Shown here in pieces: positions 60,162 through 64,000 of a stretch of 64,000 nt of DNA (position 1 is the stretch's first letter; every line of letters starts with the position of its first letter). Origin of the DNA: an uncultured Thermoanaerobaculia bacterium (lineage in GTDB: Bacteria; Acidobacteriota; Thermoanaerobaculia; Multivoradales; JAGPDF01). The notes under the pieces are model-generated. The model did not search any database. It saw only the letters and a list, made by a program, of their open reading frames with translations, and was not told where the DNA came from. The position numbers and the translations under genes are program-made. Location: the NCBI GenBank assembly GCA_964590905.1, contig CAZPYU010000285.1:488-64487 (forward strand), given 5' to 3'.

Positions 60162-62429
60162 TCAGCGGCTCGTAGGGCCGCTCGAGCTCGGTTCGGAGAG
60201 GAGCAGCCTGTAGGCTGACCGGCTCTCCAGAACCCGGGTCACGTAGGCTCGGGTCTCACTGAAGCCGACCTTGGCGAGCTGCTCCTCCGGCTCGCCGGAG
60301 AGGCAGTAGCGCCGCCAGAGGGCGGCCTGATTCTCGCCGGCGTTGTACGCGGCGATGACGGCGATCTCATCGCCCGGGAAACGGGCGGCGATCTCGGCGA
60401 GGTAGGTGGCGCCCAAGGGGATCGAAACCAACGGGTTCAGCAGGTCTCGGGCCTCGATCGGCGGAAGGCCGGCCGTCGCGACGAGCCGCCTGGCGGTTGG
60501 GAGGACGAACTGGGCAAGTCCGCGCGCCGCGGCCGGGGAGACGGCTGCCGGGTCGAAGCGGCTCTCCTCGCGTAGCACCGCCGCCAGAAGGGCCGGCTCG
60601 ACGGCGTGAACCCGCGCCTGGCCGAAGATGGCATCGGCCCAGGGCAGAGGATAGAGCAGGGCGAGCCAGTCGCGAGCGACCCAGTCGAGGGGGACGTCGG
60701 CGGGAAGGCGGCTGAAGCTCGCTTCGGCCAGCGCAATGGCCCGCCGGGCGGTTGGCCCGGTGGCGAGCAACTGAGCACCGGTCAGCCCGAGGCGGGGGCG
60801 AGAGGAGGGAAAGTGTCGAGCCACGGCGCTCGGGCTCTCCTCGGCCAACCCGAGCCCCAACAGCAGCTCATCGGGGCGACCGGCGTTGGCCTTCCAGAGC
60901 GGCCAGTCGGCGACTGGAACGGGTTCGGCATCGACCCAGCTCGAAGTCGTTGTACTCCTTGCCAGAAACGCGATCCCCTGCCGTCGCGGCTCCAGCCGCT
61001 CGGCGGGTTGGACGGCGAGAAGCTCCCGCAGACGATAGCCGCGTGCGTCGTTCTGCTGCGCCAGCTCCTCCCGACGGTGCGCGCAAGTCCCGGCCAGGGA
61101 GAGCGACGACATCCGCTTTCGGGCGGCCGATGCCAGCGGGTGGAAGGGGCGTCGCGCCACGACTTCGAGGTAGCGATCGACGGCACGGCTCGGATTTCCG
61201 GTGAGCTCCGCCAGCCTTCCCTTCCAGTAGAAGATCTCCTCGCGCGAGACCTCTCCCGTGCGCTCGGCCAATCCAAGCAGGCCCGCGACTCCCGAGCTCT
61301 TTCCGCGCACCAGATCGGAGACCGCGAGAAAGAGCGCCGCCCGCCCCAGCTGCTGCGCGTGCGCGGAGGATGCCGCGAGCGTCGACAGCGAGCGCCGGGC
61401 TGCGCTCTCGTCGCCGGCCAAAAGCTCGAGTCGCAGGGCGGCGTGCAGGGCGGCTCCCGCCCAGCTTCCCTTGGGATCCGCACGATAGGAGCGCAGATAC
61501 GACTCTCTCGCTGCCGCGGAGTCGCCGCTGAGCTCGAACGATCGAGCCCGCTGGTAGAGCGCATCGGAGCGCAGCTCCGGCGTGAACCCGCGCGCGGCGA
61601 TCGTCTCGAATCGATCTGCCGCCTCGGAGTAGCGATCGAGCCAGAAGAGACTGCGCGCCACTGCGTAGGCCGCTTCGCGGCCGAGCGCGTCGAATGGTCC
61701 GCGCGGGAAGTGCGTCGCTGGAGGCCCGAAGAGCTGCAATGCCAGCTCGAACTCTCGGTGATGAAAAGCGGTGAGGCCAATCAGGAGCGCCAAGCCACGC
61801 TCGGAGGGCGGCTCGATCTCGTCGCCCAGCGCCGAGACGGCGTCCCACGCGAAAGCGTCGTCACTGCGAGCGGCGAGGAACGAACGGATCTCGACCGCCC
61901 GCGATCTGGGAGCCATTGGCCGCAAACGGCATTGAAGCTCGAGGAGGTCCCGCAGCCGACGGTTGTCGCCCGAGAAGCGCTCGCGAGGAAGACCTGCGAG
62001 TAACCTGCAGTCGCCGCCGCGGGCGAGCGTCCGCAGCAAGAGCTCGAGAGCGGGGCGCTCCAGTGCGTCCGGAGCGCCGCGCGCGAGAAGGGTGGCGGCT
62101 AAACCCGAGGCCACTTCCGGATGTCCCAGCTCCTCCTGGGAACGCGCCAGCCGCAACCTCGCCCAGGGAGCCAACGGAGAGTCCGCGGCGAGCGCTTGGC
62201 CAAATGCCTCGCTAGCCTCCCGACGCCTTCCGAGTCTCTGGAGCAGATCGGCGCGGAGATAGTCGAGACCGATGGCTCGCGCCGCGGTCGGCTGCTCGGC
62301 GATCCGTTGCTCGGTGAGCGCGAGCGCTTGCACCGCTTGGCCGCCGCGCGACAGCTCGACGAGTCGAGGGCGCGGATCGGCGGCACCGAGGAGAGCCGTC
62401 GTGGCGAGCAGTGCCCCGGCGAGCGTCAT
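60162..62429 (-). CDS. slt: soluble lytic murein transglycosylase (Slt70-like)
   Basis: Start at ATG 62429 (signal peptide MTLAGALLATTALLGAA) inside track ORF 60162..62807. Superhelical N-terminal region and a C-terminal catalytic REESRFDPAAVSPAAARGLAQ...AAYNAG. Confidence 0.8.
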   Translation of the reverse strand: MTLAGALLATTALLGAADPRPRLVELSRGGQAVQALALTEQRIAEQPTAARAIGLDYLRADLLQRLGRRREASEAFGQALAADSPLAPWARLRLARSQEELGHPEVASGLAATLLARGAPDALERPALELLLRTLARGGDCRLLAGLPRERFSGDNRRLRDLLELQCRLRPMAPRSRAVEIRSFLAARSDDAFAWDAVSALGDEIEPPSERGLALLIGLTAFHHREFELALQLFGPPATHFPRGPFDALGREAAYAVARSLFWLDRYSEAADRFETIAARGFTPELRSDALYQRARSFELSGDSAAARESYLRSYRADPKGSWAGAALHAALRLELLAGDESAARRSLSTLAASSAHAQQLGRAALFLAVSDLVRGKSSGVAGLLGLAERTGEVSREEIFYWKGRLAELTGNPSRAVDRYLEVVARRPFHPLASAARKRMSSLSLAGTCAHRREELAQQNDARGYRLRELLAVQPAERLEPRRQGIAFLARSTTTSSWVDAEPVPVADWPLWKANAGRPDELLLGLGLAEESPSAVARHFPSSRPRLGLTGAQLLATGPTARRAIALAEASFSRLPADVPLDWVARDWLALLYPLPWADAIFGQARVHAVEPALLAAVLREESRFDPAAVSPAAARGLAQFVLPTARRLVATAGLPPIEARDLLNPLVSIPLGATYLAEIAARFPGDEIAVIAAYNAGENQAALWRRYCLSGEPEEQLAKVGFSETRAYVTRVLESRSAYRLLLSEPSSSGPTSR

Positions 62430-62767
62430 CCTGGAGGCCAAGCGAACGAGCGCCCGCCGAGCAGGTGAAGGTGGAGATGAAAGACGGACTGGCCGGCGGC
62501 GGCGCCGGTGTTGACGACCAGACGAAAGCCGTCTGCGATCGCGTTCTGGTGCGCGAGTCGACTGGCCACCGAGAGCAATCGCCCCAGAAGAAGAGCGTCC
62601 TCGGGCAGGCTCGCGGCGAGCGAAGCGATGTGCCGTCGCGGCACCACGAGGAGGTGGATGGGGGCCTGCGGTGCGAGATCGTGGAATGCGACGACCGCAT
62701 CGTCCGAGTAGACGAGCGTGGCCGGGATCTCGCCCGCTGCGATGCGACAGAAGACGCAGTCGCTCAC
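62426..62767 (-). CDS. HIT family (histidine triad nucleotide-binding) protein
   Basis: CVFCRI...AFHDLAPQAPIHLLVVP..H...VFHLHLHLLGG. GTGA overlap upstream and ATGA overlap downstream. Confidence 0.85.
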   Translation of the reverse strand: MSDCVFCRIAAGEIPATLVYSDDAVVAFHDLAPQAPIHLLVVPRRHIASLAASLPEDALLLGRLLSVASRLAHQNAIADGFRLVVNTGAAAGQSVFHLHLHLLGGRSFAWPPG

Positions 62768-64000
62768 CGCCCCTCCTCGGCTTCCGAACGCCGCGGCAGG
62801 CGTTCAACTCGAGCGCCCAGCGCCACGAGCTTCTCCTCCATCGCTTCGTAGCCGCGATCCAAGTGGTAGATCCGATCGACGATGCTCTCTCCTCGGGCCG
62901 CGAGAGCGGCGAGAACGAGGCAGGCCGAGGCGCGGAGGTCGGTAGCCATCACGCTCGCGCCCGAAAGCGGACGCGGGCCGTACACTCGCGCCGAGCGGCC
63001 GTCGAGCCGGATGTCGGCCCCCATGCGCGCTAACTCGGCGACGTGCTGCATCCGATTCTCGAAAACGGTCTCGATGATCGTGGCGACCCCCTCAGCGGCG
63101 GTCATCATCGCCATGTATTGCGCTTGCAGGTCGGTGGGGAAGCCGGGAAACGGCGCCGTGACGACGTCGCGCGCGCGCAACGAGCCGCTCCGACGAACGC
63201 GTACGGAGGTCGCCTCGACTTCAACGTCCGCGCCACAGCTCGAGAGCAGCTCGGGAAGTGGAGCCAAGTCCTCGGCCCGAACGCCACTCAGCAAGACATC
63301 GCCCCCGGTCAGGGCGGCGCCGATCAGATAGGTGCCCCCCTCGATGCGATCCGCGAGCAGCGGATGCGTCGCTCCGCCGAGCGAAGCGACGCCGTCGATC
63401 CGAATCGTCTCGCTTCCAGCACCCTCGATCTGGGCTCCCATCGCGGTCAGCAGTCGCGCCAGATCGCCGATCTCCGGCTCGCGGGCGCAGTTGTCGAGAA
63501 TCGTCGTGCCGCGCGCCAGGGTTGCCGCCATCAGGAGATTCTCGGTGCCGGTGACCGTCGGCATCGCGAAGCGGAATCTCGTTCCGACCAGCTGCGGAGC
63601 CCGCACGTCGACGTAGCCGTGCTCGAGGCGAACCTCCGCTCCGAGCGCCGTCAGGCCGGCGAGGTGCTGATCGATGGGACGGACGCCGATGGCGCAGCCT
63701 CCCGGCAGCGAGACCCGCGCGTGCCCGCGGCGCGCCGCTAGTGGCCCCAAGACGAGCACGCTGGCGCGCATCGTCTTGACGAGCTCGTAAGGGGCGTCGT
63801 CGGGATTGACGTCGTCGCCGGGCTCGAGTCGCAACGTATCTCCGACCCAGCGGCTGGCGACGCCGAGATGCGCGAGGAGCCGGCGCATCGTTTCGATGTC
63901 GCGGACGCGGGGCGCGCCGGACAGCTCTACCGGAGCGTCGGTCAAAAGAGCCGCGCTCAGGGCCGGAAGCGCAGCGTTCTTGGCGCCCGAAGCCCGAACG
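62764..64000 (-). CDS. murA: UDP-N-acetylglucosamine 1-carboxyvinyltransferase, N-terminus outside window
   Basis: The minus-strand frame stays open to base 64000 (VRASGAKNAALPALSAALLTDAPVEL...). The catalytic-loop region PGGCAIGVRPIDQH is present. Confidence 0.9.
   Translation of the reverse strand, partial: VRASGAKNAALPALSAALLTDAPVELSGAPRVRDIETMRRLLAHLGVASRWVGDTLRLEPGDDVNPDDAPYELVKTMRASVLVLGPLAARRGHARVSLPGGCAIGVRPIDQHLAGLTALGAEVRLEHGYVDVRAPQLVGTRFRFAMPTVTGTENLLMAATLARGTTILDNCAREPEIGDLARLLTAMGAQIEGAGSETIRIDGVASLGGATHPLLADRIEGGTYLIGAALTGGDVLLSGVRAEDLAPLPELLSSCGADVEVEATSVRVRRSGSLRARDVVTAPFPGFPTDLQAQYMAMMTAAEGVATIIETVFENRMQHVAELARMGADIRLDGRSARVYGPRPLSGASVMATDLRASACLVLAALAARGESIVDRIYHLDRGYEAMEEKLVALGARVERLPRRSEAEEGR

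Overview
Very GC-rich, densely packed chromosomal segment. About 71 protein-coding genes are supported, many joined by 4-nt start/stop overlaps. It comes from a diderm bacterium, judged from a secretin, a LolA-like protein, LPS-heptose genes and a lipid A-type acyltransferase. The phylum cannot be fixed from sequence alone; the gene content would fit an Acidobacteriota- or Myxococcota-like lineage. I found no rRNA, tRNA, CRISPR array, transposase or integrase.

Recognisable content, in order:
- AtuA-like/enoyl-CoA hydratase module (5' truncated), PhyH dioxygenase, HAD hydrolase, YgfZ, aquaporin, S1/P1-type nuclease, ErpA, Tdk.
- ECF sigma/RskA-like anti-sigma pair.
- ManC, an LPLAT acyltransferase, TrmB, FolK.
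- tgt-yajC-secD-secF-rel block, then rpmB.
- Type IV pilus pilMNOPQ operon, extended by two lipoprotein genes and closed by a clear intrinsic terminator.
- Overlapping TPR + Roadblock/LC7 pair, then accBC, aroK and an azurin-like cupredoxin.
- hldA-hldC-GT9 followed by pilB.
- A second ECF sigma with a ZAS anti-sigma and a monothiol thioredoxin-like protein.
- A translationally coupled M23 peptidase/GHMP kinase/wzm/wzt/three-glycosyltransferase operon, then an antisense PPK2, another GT2 and a PEGA protein.
- ogt, slt, a HIT protein and murA (truncated at the window end).

The candidates I consider least explained by known biology are:
1. The TPR + MglB-like Roadblock pair behind the pilus operon, with no GTPase gene.
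2. The two lipoproteins (one with tandem Ig-like/PKD domains) co-operonic with the PilQ secretin.
3. A self-contained two-gene nucleotidyltransferase-fold cassette with a leaderless-type promoter.
4. A ComEA-like helix-hairpin-helix insertion in the periplasmic loop of SecF.
5. The Wzm/Wzt glycan operon headed by an M23 peptidase and a GHMP kinase.

All functional calls rest on motif and family recognition by eye. No database search was run.
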